Positions 26,036 to 36,254 of a stretch of 64,000 nt of DNA are shown here, one piece after another. The stretch is from a bacterium (GTDB lineage: Bacteria; Patescibacteriota; Minisyncoccia; UBA6257; 2-01-FULL-56-20), in assembly GCA_021827685.1 (NCBI GenBank), contig JAKAUM010000007.1:9842-73841 (forward strand), given 5' to 3'. Positions within the stretch are counted from its first letter, which is position 1. The number at the start of each line of letters is the position of its first letter. The translations under genes and the position numbers were made by a program. The notes beneath the pieces were generated by a model. It did not search any database and was not told where the DNA came from. It was given only the letters and a program-made list of their open reading frames with translations.

Positions 26036-28432
26036 CTACGCGACGATATTCACGAGTTTCTTCTCGACATAAATGACCTTTTGGGGCTCCTTGCCGGCGA
26101 GCGCGGCGCGCACTTTCGGATCGCCGAGCGCCAGCGCCTTCGCCTCGTCTCCGCCGATTGCCGCATCCGCCTCCGCCGTCCCGCGCACCTTTCCGTTCAC
26201 CTGGAACACAAGCGTGATCTTTTCAGCATTCGCGAGCGCCGAATCGGAGGAAGGCCACGGTTCGCGGTCGAGGCAGTTTTCATGGCCCCCGAGCGACCAC
26301 AATTCCTGCGCGAGGTGCGGCGCGAAGGGATACAGCATTTTGATAAAGCTCTCGGCGTCTTCGCGGACGGGCCGGTCCCCCGCTTCGAGATCGTTCAGCA
26401 GGATCATAAGCGTTGAGATTGCCGTGTTGAACTTAAATCGTTCGATGTCTCCGCCCACTTTTTTTATCGCCTTATGAACCGCCGGCGCGTTCTCTCCGCT
26501 CGGCGCCGCTACGGCACGCTCGCCCCACTTCCATACGCGGGAAAGGAAACGTTCCATCCCGAGGATGCCTTTCGGCTCCCACGGATGGGCATCCTCGAAA
26601 GGACCCATGAACATAAGATAGAGGCGTACGACATCGGCGCCGAATTCCTTTACCAAACCGTCCGGATTCACGACGTTCCCCTTGCTCTTCGACATTTTCT
26701 GGCCGTCGGCGCCGAGAATAAGCCCGACGTGCCTGAGGTTCGTAAACGGCTCGTCGAACGCGAGATAGCCCTCGTCATGCAGGAATTTCGTGATAAAGCG
26801 CGAATAAAGCAAATGCAGTACCGTATGCTCCGCGCCGATGACATAGAGGTCGACCGGGAGCCAGCGCCGCGCTTTCTCCTTGTCGAAAATCGCTTCTTCG
26901 TTGCGCGGGTCGGCGTAGCGGAGATAATACCACGACGAGTCCACGAAGGTGTCGAGCGTCTCCGGATCGCGCCGGGCCGCGCCGGCGCATTCCGGACATT
27001 TTACATCGATAAACTCCGGCGACCCGGCAAGCGGCGGCATGCCGCGCGGGCGGTAATTCTCCAGCTCGGGAAGGAGGACGGGGAGGTCCTTTTCGGGCAC
27101 CGGAACGATGCCGCATTTCGGACAATGGATCATCGGGATCGGCGCGCCCCAATAGCGCTGGCGCGAAACCGACCAGTCGCGGAGCTTGTATTGCGTTTTC
27201 ATCGTGCCGCGGACGAATTCGGCAATCGCTTTCTTCGCCTCCTCCGAATCCATGCCGTCGAACTTGCCGGAGCCGACGAGGCGGCCCGTGCCGACATAGG
27301 CGGCATCCAATACCGGACACACTGGTTCCGGATAGCGGCCGCAGACGACCTGCTTCACCGGCAGGCCGAACTTTTTTGCAAACTCGAAATCCCGCTCGTC
27401 GTGCGCCGGCACCGCCATAATGGCGCCCGTTCCGTAAGAACCGAGCACGTAGTCGGCGATCCAAACCGGAATTTCCTCCTTCGTGGCGGGATTCACGGCC
27501 CTCACTTCCTTCAATTCGACGCCGGTTTTTTCTTTGGCTGCTTCCTGCCGCATAAGCTCGGTCTTATGCGACGCTTCCTCGATATACCCCGCAACCTCTT
27601 TCCAATTCGCAATCTTCGGCTTCAGTTGCCCGACGAGCGGGTGTTCCGGCGCAAGCACTACGTAGGTCGCTCCGAAAAGCGTGTCGAGCCGCGTAGTGAA
27701 AACCTCGATCGATTCGGGGAAATCCGCGATCGGGAACCCGAGCAATGCGCCTTCGCTCTTTCCTATCCAGTCCTCCTGCCGCTTTACGGTCGCCGCGGGC
27801 CAGCCAAGCCCCTTCGCGCCGGCGAGCAGGCGCTCGGCATACGCCGTGATCCTTAGGAACCATTGTTCCATTTCCCGCTCTTCGATGAGCGCGCCGCACC
27901 GTTCGCATTTTCCCTCTATCACCTGTTCGTTCGCAAGCACGGTCTGGTCCTGCGGGCACCAGTTGACGCGCGCCTTCGCGCGGTACGCAAGCCCCTTTTT
28001 ATAGAGCTTTATGAAGAGCCACTGCGTCCATCGGTAATATTCCGGCGACGACGTATTTATCTCGCGATCCCAATCATAAGAAAGACCGAGGAGCCGCACC
28101 TGGCGCCGGAAGTTGTCGATGTTTTCCGCGGCGACTTCCTTCGGCGATTTCCCTATTTTTATCGCGTAGTTTTCGGTAGGGAGGCCGAACGCGTCCCACC
28201 CCATCGTATAGAGCACCTCCCGGCCGCGCATGCGCATATAGCGGGCATGGATATCCTCCGCGGTATAGCCCTTTGGATGTCCCATATGGATGCCTGCCGC
28301 CGAGGGATATGGGAACGTTTCCAGCTGATAATATTTTGGCTTCCGCGAACCGTCGTCGGCGCGGAAAATCCCCCCTTCAAGCCATTTTTTCTGCCATTTC
28401 GCTTCGATGCGCGCGGGGTCGTACTTTGACAT
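26036..28432 (-). CDS. leuS: Leucine--tRNA ligase
   Basis: FPYPS..GIHMGH, GWDAFGLP, RQRYWG, KMSKSKGN, QVNGKVR. Confidence 0.98.
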   Translation of the reverse strand: MSKYDPARIEAKWQKKWLEGGIFRADDGSRKPKYYQLETFPYPSAAGIHMGHPKGYTAEDIHARYMRMRGREVLYTMGWDAFGLPTENYAIKIGKSPKEVAAENIDNFRRQVRLLGLSYDWDREINTSSPEYYRWTQWLFIKLYKKGLAYRAKARVNWCPQDQTVLANEQVIEGKCERCGALIEEREMEQWFLRITAYAERLLAGAKGLGWPAATVKRQEDWIGKSEGALLGFPIADFPESIEVFTTRLDTLFGATYVVLAPEHPLVGQLKPKIANWKEVAGYIEEASHKTELMRQEAAKEKTGVELKEVRAVNPATKEEIPVWIADYVLGSYGTGAIMAVPAHDERDFEFAKKFGLPVKQVVCGRYPEPVCPVLDAAYVGTGRLVGSGKFDGMDSEEAKKAIAEFVRGTMKTQYKLRDWSVSRQRYWGAPIPMIHCPKCGIVPVPEKDLPVLLPELENYRPRGMPPLAGSPEFIDVKCPECAGAARRDPETLDTFVDSSWYYLRYADPRNEEAIFDKEKARRWLPVDLYVIGAEHTVLHLLYSRFITKFLHDEGYLAFDEPFTNLRHVGLILGADGQKMSKSKGNVVNPDGLVKEFGADVVRLYLMFMGPFEDAHPWEPKGILGMERFLSRVWKWGERAVAAPSGENAPAVHKAIKKVGGDIERFKFNTAISTLMILLNDLEAGDRPVREDAESFIKMLYPFAPHLAQELWSLGGHENCLDREPWPSSDSALANAEKITLVFQVNGKVRGTAEADAAIGGDEAKALALGDPKVRAALAGKEPQKVIYVEKKLVNIVA

Positions 28433-28469
28433 GATTACTTCCCCATTGTATGCCGGAACGCCTGTTTTC

Positions 28470-29351
28470 TCAACTTATTTTGAATATCCGCCGGGCGTTT
28501 TCCATGATCTGCGACGCCATCTCTTCCCGCGGAATGCCCTTAAGCTCCGCGAGTCGCTTCACCACTTCCGCGACGTAAGCCGGCTCGTTGCGCCTGCCGC
28601 GCCACGGCGCGGGCGCCACGTAGGGAGCATCCGTCTCGGAGAGAATCCGGTCCGCGGGAATCATCCTCACGAGCGCGTCGTAATCGCCCTCCGCGCGGCC
28701 CTTCCTCGGAGGGAAGGTGACGGCGCCGCCGAACGTAAACGAGAAACCGAGCGCGAGGAGCTCGCGCGCGTCATCCGCGCCGCCGGCGAAAAAATGGATG
28801 ACGCCCGGCCCTCCCGCGCCGGCCGCGCGGAGCTCCCCGCGGCGCTCCTTCAATATCGCAATGAGGTCCGGGAACGCATTCCGGCAATGGATCATAAGAG
28901 GTTTCCCGGCCTCGCGCGCAAGCGCGATCTGCGCCGTAAAGGCCGCCTCCTGTTTTTTCCTCTGCGCTTCCTGCGGCTCGCCTTCGTGAAAGCGAAAATA
29001 GTCCAGGCCGCATTCGCCGATCGCGACCGTTTTCGGATGCGCGGCAAGGGCGCGGTATGCCTCCGCAACGAATACCTCGCCGCGGGAGGTGAACGCCTTC
29101 GCCGCCTCTCCCCCGCCAAGCTCGTTCTCGTCGTGGCGGGAACGGCTCGTATGGACGGGATGGAGTCCGACTGCGGCGTAGACGCCTTCATGCGCCTCCG
29201 CAAGCGCGACCGCGGCGCGGGAGGTATCGATTTGCGTACCCACGCTCACGAACCGCACGCCCGCCGCGCGCGCCCGCGCCACCGCTTCTGTGCGGTCGGC
29301 ATCGAAGGCGGAAAACTGCACGTGCGCATGGGCGTCGAATAGTTCCATCAA
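28470..29351 (-). CDS. tatD: TatD family nuclease
   Basis: DAHAH, GLHP, IGECGLD, IHCR, ETDAPY, RNEP. Confidence 0.93.
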   Translation of the reverse strand: MMELFDAHAHVQFSAFDADRTEAVARARAAGVRFVSVGTQIDTSRAAVALAEAHEGVYAAVGLHPVHTSRSRHDENELGGGEAAKAFTSRGEVFVAEAYRALAAHPKTVAIGECGLDYFRFHEGEPQEAQRKKQEAAFTAQIALAREAGKPLMIHCRNAFPDLIAILKERRGELRAAGAGGPGVIHFFAGGADDARELLALGFSFTFGGAVTFPPRKGRAEGDYDALVRMIPADRILSETDAPYVAPAPWRGRRNEPAYVAEVVKRLAELKGIPREEMASQIMENARRIFKIS

Positions 29352-29360
29352 TATGGCGCG

Positions 29361-30794
29361 CTACGCAATCCTCGGGAACAGCGCCGGTATTTTCCGCGCC
29401 CTGAGGACCGCGCCGTCGCGGATGAACGCCTCTTTTATCTTCGCCGAAGTGGAAGGAAGGAACGGATCAAGCGTCTCGGCCGCGCCCTCAAGAAGCGCCG
29501 CGAGGTTGGAAAGCGCCCTTCGGCGCTCCGCCGGATCTTTTATCTCCCAGACCTTCTTTTCATTTATATACCGATCGCCGAATGCGATGGCCTTCCAGAC
29601 CGCCGCAAGCGCGTCGCCGAACCTGAACTCTCCCGTCTTTTCGGCGGCCGCCCGGCGCATCTCCGCGATCGCCTGGCCGAAGCCGTCATCGGTTTCCGCC
29701 GGCGCGAGCTCTTCTTTTTCCGCGAGCGCGAGCACGCGCGCCGCGAAATTGCCGAGTCCGTTCGCAAGATCGCCGTTATAGCGCTCGCGGAGCTTTTCTT
29801 CGGAAAAATCGCCGTCCTCGCCGTAGGGCGTCTCGCGCAGGAGGAAATAGCGCAGGGCGTCCGCGCCGTAGCGCTCCGCAAGCGCGAGCGGGTCGACGGC
29901 GTTGCCGAGCGACTTGCCCATCTTCACGCCGCCCGCCGTGAGGAATCCGTTCGCGATAATCTGGCCGGGCAGAGGCAGGCCGGCCGACATGAGCATGGCG
30001 GGCCAGATCACCGCATGGAACCGAAGGATGTCCTTCCCTACCGCATGAATATCGGCCGGATGCTCCTCCCATCCCTCGATGCCCCCCGCCCCGGTCGCGT
30101 AGCTCACGAGCGCGTCCGCCCAGACGTAAATCGACTGATGAGGGTCGTCCGGCACCGGGATCCCCCACTCGCGGCCTTCGCGGGAAAAGCTCACGTCTTC
30201 CAGCCCGTTTTCGACGAAGCTTTTTACCTCGCTGAACCGGCGCGCGGGCGCCACGAAATCGCCGTGCGCGGCGTAAAGATCCATAAGCGGCTTCTGATAT
30301 CTTGAAAGGCGGAAATAGTAATTTTCCTCGGATACGAATTCCGGCTTCGTGGCGTGATCGGGACAGAGCCCTTCGGGCGTGAGTTCGTCTTCCTTGAGGA
30401 AAGATTCGTGCCCTTTGCAATAAAGACCTTCGTACTTGCCGCGGTAGAGATCGCCCGCCGCGTCCATCCTCTTCCAAAACTCCCTTACGGTTTCGAGGTG
30501 CCGATCCTCCGTCGTACGCATAAAATCGGTGTTCGATATGCCGAGCTTCCGCCACGCGGCTTCCCATATTTCCGCCATGCGATCCAGGTACGGCTGGATT
30601 TCTTCGCCTTCTTTCTTTGCCGCGTCCACCGTTTTCTGGGAATTCTCGTCCACGCCCGTGGAAAAGACGACCTCCATCCCCTGCGCGGCGCGCCAACGCG
30701 CGAGGACGTCCGCCACGACGGTCGTATAGGCATGGCCTATATGCGGCTTGCCGTTTACGTAATAAATCGGTGTGGTGATATAGAACTTGTCCAT
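29361..30794 (-). CDS. metG: Methionine--tRNA ligase
   Basis: YITTPIYYVN..PHIGH, YVWADAL, GKDILRFH, KMGKSLGN. Confidence 0.97.
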   Translation of the reverse strand: MDKFYITTPIYYVNGKPHIGHAYTTVVADVLARWRAAQGMEVVFSTGVDENSQKTVDAAKKEGEEIQPYLDRMAEIWEAAWRKLGISNTDFMRTTEDRHLETVREFWKRMDAAGDLYRGKYEGLYCKGHESFLKEDELTPEGLCPDHATKPEFVSEENYYFRLSRYQKPLMDLYAAHGDFVAPARRFSEVKSFVENGLEDVSFSREGREWGIPVPDDPHQSIYVWADALVSYATGAGGIEGWEEHPADIHAVGKDILRFHAVIWPAMLMSAGLPLPGQIIANGFLTAGGVKMGKSLGNAVDPLALAERYGADALRYFLLRETPYGEDGDFSEEKLRERYNGDLANGLGNFAARVLALAEKEELAPAETDDGFGQAIAEMRRAAAEKTGEFRFGDALAAVWKAIAFGDRYINEKKVWEIKDPAERRRALSNLAALLEGAAETLDPFLPSTSAKIKEAFIRDGAVLRARKIPALFPRIA

Positions 30795-30834
30795 GCGTTA
30801 ATGGAATTTTAACACGAGGCGGCGGCGCGGAGGC

Positions 30835-31851
30835 CTATGCGGGCGCCCCGCGGCGCTTCGTAGACCACTCCTGGATGACTTCCTGGAAGATGCCGGCGGC
30901 CGGGACGGAAATGATGATGCCGAGCACGCCCGCCACTTCCGCCCCGATAAGGAGGGCGACGATCACGATCACGGGATGGATTCCCACGATCTGCTGGTTC
31001 AAGAGCGGCACGAGCACGTTCGCCTCGAACTGCTCCGCGATGACAAAAAAGATGAGCGTGTAGAACGCGAGCGTAGCGGAGGTCGAGAGGGCGGCGATGA
31101 CGGCGAGCGCGCCCGAGAGGAACGGCCCCACGAACGGGACGATCTCGAAGATGCCCGCGAGGAACGCGATGAGAAGCGCGTATTTCACGTGCAGGAGCGT
31201 AAGTCCCGCCCATACGGTAAAGCCGAAGATGAGCGAGAGGAGGATCTGCGTCCGGAACCAATTGCTGATAAGCTTGCGCGAACGCTCATAGATGCGGAGC
31301 GCCGTCGATTCGTACGCGGGCGGAATGACCACCTTAAGGAAGCGTTCGACGCCGTCCCTGCTCAAGCTCAGGTAGAACGAAGAGAGAATGACCGCGACCG
31401 CAAGGCCGACGCTTCCGACCGCGTTCGAGAAAAATGTAAACGGCGAGCTGCCGGAGAAGAGGGCCGAGGAAATGCTCTGAAGTTTGGCCTGCGGCGATTG
31501 CGGCCCGCTTAAATGGAAGAACGCGCCGAGCCCCCCGCCGAGGGAGGACGCGATGCCGGTACCGGAAAAAATCGAGTTGAGCTCCACGAGCACGATCGGC
31601 GCGACGGAATAAACGATGAAGATGAAAGCGGAGGCGATGCCGAGGAAAACGAGGATGACGCTCACGCTGCGCGGAATCCCGATTTTCCCGACGAAGTTGA
31701 TGAGCCCTTCAAGGCCCGACGAGATGATGATGGCGAGAAAGAGCCCGAGCAGGATCTGGCGCCCGGCATAAAAGACGGCGACGAGCATGACGAAAAGCAG
31801 GATCCGCCAGAGGCTCCCCCATGAAATTTCAAACATCGGCCTGGACTCCAT
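30835..31851 (-). CDS. AI-2E family transporter
   Basis: FEIVPFVGP, EANVLVP, GIHPVIV, GIIISVP. Confidence 0.9.
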   Translation of the reverse strand: MESRPMFEISWGSLWRILLFVMLVAVFYAGRQILLGLFLAIIISSGLEGLINFVGKIGIPRSVSVILVFLGIASAFIFIVYSVAPIVLVELNSIFSGTGIASSLGGGLGAFFHLSGPQSPQAKLQSISSALFSGSSPFTFFSNAVGSVGLAVAVILSSFYLSLSRDGVERFLKVVIPPAYESTALRIYERSRKLISNWFRTQILLSLIFGFTVWAGLTLLHVKYALLIAFLAGIFEIVPFVGPFLSGALAVIAALSTSATLAFYTLIFFVIAEQFEANVLVPLLNQQIVGIHPVIVIVALLIGAEVAGVLGIIISVPAAGIFQEVIQEWSTKRRGAPA

Positions 31852-31856
31852 TTTGC

Positions 31857-33137
31857 TTAATTTTTGGGGAATTGAAGTAGTTTTTCGAAAGCGGATTCAT
31901 TCCGGTGCGGGCCGATGATGGCGAGATTCGCGCCCCGCTCCTTCAGCACGGCGCGGGCGGCGGCGCGGACCTCGGCCGCCGTAACACCGTTTATTCTATC
32001 TATAATCGTTTCCGGCGGCAACGGGTTACGCGTCATGATCTCCTGCTCGCCGTAGAAGCCCCCGAGCTCGTCGGCGGTTTCAAGTCCGAGGATGAGCCCT
32101 CCGGTCAGATGGTCCTTTGAACGGGCGAGTTCCGCGGGCGGCACGGGCTCGTTCCGGAGCCGCAGGCATTCTTCCATAATGGCGCCTATGACCGCATGCG
32201 TCCGCGCGTGATCCGCGCCCGCCGCCACCGTAAAAAGGCCGTGATCCAGCGAGAAATCGGCGTCCGCGGAGATATAGTAGGCCGCGCCGAGCTCTTCCCT
32301 CACCCGCTTCCAGAGGCGCGAGCTCATGCCGCCTCCGAGAACATCCGCGAGCACCTGGAGCGCGTAACGCCGCCTGTCGAAGATATCCCACCCGCGGAAG
32401 CCGAGGACCAGGTGACTTTGGCCCGACTCCTTGAAGGACAACCTGATCCGCGGCCGCGCCTCGTGCGCGCGGACGGGCGGCTTCTTTTTCGGCGCCCGGC
32501 GGGGAAGGACGCCCATTGTCGCGCGGATTGCCTTAACCGCCGATTTTTCATCGAATTTCCCTGACATCACGACGACCGTGGCGGGCGCCGCGTACCGCGC
32601 CTCGCGGTATCTTATGAAGTCCTCCCTTCCCAGCCGCCGGATCACGTCTTTTTCCCCGTCCACGCGCCATCCCGCCGGCTGATCGCCGTGGACGAGCTCG
32701 AGAAAAAGATCGTGCACGCGCCGCATCGGCATGTCTTCATACATATTCATCTCTTCTATAACGACGCCGCGCTCTTTTTCTATCTCTTCCGGCGCAAAAA
32801 GCGGGTTCAGATAGAGATCGGCGACGATATCCAGTATTTTCGGGAATTTCGCCGCGGCCGCCTTCGCCCAATAGCCGGTGAGCTCCTGCGACGTGAAAGC
32901 GTTGAACTGGGCGCCGAGCGCGGTGAGCTCTTCCGCAATCATCCCCGGCCGCGGCCGCCGCGCGGTGCCCTTGAACACCATATGCTCGAGGAAATGAGAA
33001 AGGCCGTTGATTTTTTTCGTCTCATATTCGGAGCCCGCCTCCACGAGGATATAGATGCTCGCTGCGACGCTCGATGCGCGCGGCGCGAGCACCAGGCGGA
33101 GGCCGTTTGGAAGCGTTATTTTCTTAAACGGCCTCAT
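31857..33137 (-). CDS. M16 family zinc peptidase
   Basis: HFLEHMVFKGT (HxxEH), NAFTS, LGGGMSSRL. Confidence 0.95.
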   Translation of the reverse strand: MRPFKKITLPNGLRLVLAPRASSVAASIYILVEAGSEYETKKINGLSHFLEHMVFKGTARRPRPGMIAEELTALGAQFNAFTSQELTGYWAKAAAAKFPKILDIVADLYLNPLFAPEEIEKERGVVIEEMNMYEDMPMRRVHDLFLELVHGDQPAGWRVDGEKDVIRRLGREDFIRYREARYAAPATVVVMSGKFDEKSAVKAIRATMGVLPRRAPKKKPPVRAHEARPRIRLSFKESGQSHLVLGFRGWDIFDRRRYALQVLADVLGGGMSSRLWKRVREELGAAYYISADADFSLDHGLFTVAAGADHARTHAVIGAIMEECLRLRNEPVPPAELARSKDHLTGGLILGLETADELGGFYGEQEIMTRNPLPPETIIDRINGVTAAEVRAAARAVLKERGANLAIIGPHRNESAFEKLLQFPKN

Positions 33138-34615
33138 GACGTGATGGTCTTAATGTCTCCCGCGAAGCTCTGCGCCCGTTCGACCACCGCTTCCCCGTAG
33201 GTCCAAAGATAGTTCCGCCACCGCGACCCGGCGTAGTATTTCGCCGCGGTACAGCGCTCCTGGCTGATCGCGTTCCCGTAAATCGCCTTGCATCCCGCCA
33301 TCGCGTCATTCAGATAAAGCGCGGTTGCGACGAATGCATCCGCATTGTTCCACGGCGACGCGGGGCTGTCGCCCGTAACGGTAGAAACCTCGTTCGCATA
33401 GAGATTCCATGTGGAAGGAATGAACTGGGCCGGCCCCATCGCGCCGCCGTACGCTCCGTCGGCGTTGGGGCAGGATACCATCATCGTATTCGGATCAAGT
33501 TTCAGCGATGCCGTGAGATTGAGAAAAAGCGGAATGTCCAGCGGATTCATCGCGGTCCGGTAGCTGCACTGGCCGACGTTCTGGCCGAGCGCCGACTCGC
33601 GGTCCAGGACCGCGAGGATGAACGCCGGGTCGATGCCCGTGGCGCCCGAGGCAAGTTTCGCATACTGATAGGCATCGCCGAAAGAAAGCTGGCCGCCGCC
33701 CAGAAGCTGGAAGATGTGGCTCCGCACCTGAGCCGCCGTTTCCTTGGTCTTTTGAAGCAGTACCAGGTAGCGCGACTCCTGTCCCCGCGTCGCGGCGAGA
33801 AGCTGGGCTTTTTCATTCTTTGTGCCTGCCACCTCGGCTGCCTGCGCGGCTTGATACTGCGCGGCGCTCGATGCGTCGGCCTTGGATGCTTCGAATTGGT
33901 GCTCTTGATCCGTAAGCTGGCCCTGGAGATCCGTCACCTGCTGTACCGCGATGCGCAAATTGTCCTGCAGGAGGAGCACGTCCTGGCTGTCGCTCCAAAA
34001 ATCGGAAAGGCGGGGGTCGCGCAGGAATATTTCCATGAGGTTCAGATGGTCGTTTTGATATATGGCCTGCATAAGCCCCCCGATCGCCGATTCCTTATTC
34101 GCGATATCCGACTGCGTGCTCGTGATTTCCGACTGGGTGCTCGTGATTTCCTGATCAAGCTCCTGCATCGTGAGCCGGGTCGCCTTAATCTGGAGATTGA
34201 GCCGCGCGATTTTCGCGTTCAGCATATCGATTTCCCCCTGGAGCGTGTTGCCCTGGCTTTCGTAACTTGAAACCTGGCCTTCGTACTGGTTGATCTGGCC
34301 CTCTAGCTGTTGGAGTTCGCCCTGAAGCGCCGCCTGTTCCGCAGCGGTGCTCGTCGAGGTCGCCGTGTCTCCGGCCGCGTTCGGCAGGAGTATAGGGGCG
34401 GCCACCGAGCCGAGCGCGAGGTACAGGCCGCCGATCGCCGCAATAAAGATTTTCGAGGCGCGCGCGAAGGGAAAATGGATCGTGCGGCGCCTTCCCGCGC
34501 CGATGAAATTCAGGCGTTGAGGAAGCGCCTCGAACGCGTTCCAGCGCCGTGCGCGGGCGCGCCCGCTGGGCGCGACATCTCCAAGCACCCTTGGCTTCAA
34601 AGGCCTCTGCATCAC
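33134..34615 (-). CDS. Coiled-coil protein with lytic transglycosylase domain
   Basis: Long coiled coil then RES, GAMGPAQFIPSTW, PWN..DA. Confidence 0.85.
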   Translation of the reverse strand: MMQRPLKPRVLGDVAPSGRARARRWNAFEALPQRLNFIGAGRRRTIHFPFARASKIFIAAIGGLYLALGSVAAPILLPNAAGDTATSTSTAAEQAALQGELQQLEGQINQYEGQVSSYESQGNTLQGEIDMLNAKIARLNLQIKATRLTMQELDQEITSTQSEITSTQSDIANKESAIGGLMQAIYQNDHLNLMEIFLRDPRLSDFWSDSQDVLLLQDNLRIAVQQVTDLQGQLTDQEHQFEASKADASSAAQYQAAQAAEVAGTKNEKAQLLAATRGQESRYLVLLQKTKETAAQVRSHIFQLLGGGQLSFGDAYQYAKLASGATGIDPAFILAVLDRESALGQNVGQCSYRTAMNPLDIPLFLNLTASLKLDPNTMMVSCPNADGAYGGAMGPAQFIPSTWNLYANEVSTVTGDSPASPWNNADAFVATALYLNDAMAGCKAIYGNAISQERCTAAKYYAGSRWRNYLWTYGEAVVERAQSFAGDIKTITS

Positions 34616-34634
34616 CTATTATTATAGCAGGTCG

Positions 34635-35300
34635 CTATTTCGCTTCGGAATCCGAGGCTTTCTCGGCCTGGCGCTCCGCTTTCTTCTCTTCCGATTCAAC
34701 TTTCACGGCCGAAACATCCCCGACCGCCTCTGCCGCGGGCGCCGCTTCCTCTTCGGGCGCGGGCGGCGTAGCCGTCGCAATCGCGGTATCGCCTCCCACA
34801 AGCAACGTCACGCTTTTCGGCACCGCGAGGTCGCGGACATAAACGCTCTTGTCGATCTCGTCGAGCGCCGAAAGGTCTACCTGCAGGCTGTGAGGCAGGT
34901 CCTGCGGCAGGGCCTCCACCTCGATTTCGGTCATGGATTTATTGAGCACGCCTCCTTTTACCTTGACGGCGGGCGCCTCCCCGACGAATTCCAGGGGAAC
35001 TTTCGCCCTGATCTTTTCGTCAAGCCGGACCTGATAAAAATCCACATGCGCGGGCTCCCCGGTCAGCAGGTCGCACGCGACGTCATGGATCAGGATCGGG
35101 CGCTTCTCGCCGCCCATTGCGAGCGTGACTATCGTGTTGGTGCCCGCTTCCTTGAAAACCTTTCCGAATTCCTTCGCCGAGACGGAAAGGTGCCGGTTCT
35201 CCACTCCGCGGCCATAGAGTTCCGCGGGAACAAGGCCCTCCTTCCGGAGCGCTTTCACTTGTTTGCCGAATTTATCCCGCGCGGTCGCCGTTAATTCCAT
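34635..35300 (-). CDS. rplY: 50S ribosomal protein L25/Ctc
   Basis: LRKEGLVPAELYG, HVDFYQV, VPLEFVGEAPAVK. Confidence 0.95.
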   Translation of the reverse strand: MELTATARDKFGKQVKALRKEGLVPAELYGRGVENRHLSVSAKEFGKVFKEAGTNTIVTLAMGGEKRPILIHDVACDLLTGEPAHVDFYQVRLDEKIRAKVPLEFVGEAPAVKVKGGVLNKSMTEIEVEALPQDLPHSLQVDLSALDEIDKSVYVRDLAVPKSVTLLVGGDTAIATATPPAPEEEAAPAAEAVGDVSAVKVESEEKKAERQAEKASDSEAK

Positions 35301-35348
35301 GGCCAATAGTGTAGCAGATTGCAAAAATTCCGCAACCGCGGCGCGGCC

Positions 35349-36233
35349 TCACGCGGCGTTAAAGAGCCGCAGGCGATCAAGCACGATTTTTCTTATTCCC
35401 TCCGCCGCGGGCGGGAGGATCTTATAAGGCGCAATTTCTTCCGGCTTCTCTTTCAGCCCCTCTTCCACGCCGCGCCGCCAGGCAAGGCGCAGTTCGCTTG
35501 AAACATGGATGATGGTCATCCCCGCCTTCGCCGCCGCGGTGAAATCCGCGTCCTCGGTGCCCGAACCGCCGTGCGAAGTCATGAAGCGGCATCCGGCCGC
35601 GCCGATCGCCGCCTTGATCTCGGCGATGCGGGGGATGTCGAGGCGCTTGCGCGCCGTGCCCGAGACCATGGATTTCAGAAGCCCATGCATATTCCCCACG
35701 GCGGGCGCCAGTACGTCGACGCCTGTCGCTTTCACGAACTCAACCGCTTCCTCCGGCGTCGAAAGAACGAGGTCCGGTTTTTCCGCAATGACTTCAGAAT
35801 CCGCGCCGATGTACCCGATCTCGCCCTCAACTACGATATCCTTCCCGATGCCCCGTCCGGCTTCCCTCGCGATGCGCGCCGCCTCCGCGGTCTGCTTTAT
35901 ATTCTCTTCGCGCGGGAGCGCCGATCCGTCGAACAGAATTTCATCGAAGCCCGCCTCGGCCGCCTCGCGGACCTTGTCCAGCGAATGCGTGTGATCGGCA
36001 TTTAGAAAAATCGGATAGTCGAATTCTTCGCGCAAAGATCTCACGAGCGCCGCCGCGCGGCGCACGCCGATGAACGCCCGCTCCCCTTCCGAAACGCCGA
36101 TGATGACGGGAAAGTTGAGCTCGCGGGCGGCGGCGAAAATACCGTTCAGCGCCGCGAGTTCGGCAATATTGAAATGGCCCACCGCGACGCGGCGGGCGTC
36201 GGCATCTTCGAGGATTTCACGGAGGCCTTTCAT
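35349..36233 (-). CDS. Class II fructose-bisphosphate aldolase
   Basis: VGHFN, NADH, FDGS, VEGEIGYIG, AVGNMHG, HGGSG. Confidence 0.93.
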   Translation of the reverse strand: MKGLREILEDADARRVAVGHFNIAELAALNGIFAAARELNFPVIIGVSEGERAFIGVRRAAALVRSLREEFDYPIFLNADHTHSLDKVREAAEAGFDEILFDGSALPREENIKQTAEAARIAREAGRGIGKDIVVEGEIGYIGADSEVIAEKPDLVLSTPEEAVEFVKATGVDVLAPAVGNMHGLLKSMVSGTARKRLDIPRIAEIKAAIGAAGCRFMTSHGGSGTEDADFTAAAKAGMTIIHVSSELRLAWRRGVEEGLKEKPEEIAPYKILPPAAEGIRKIVLDRLRLFNAA

Positions 36234-36254
36234 AAGTGCGGATACGGCGGCGGG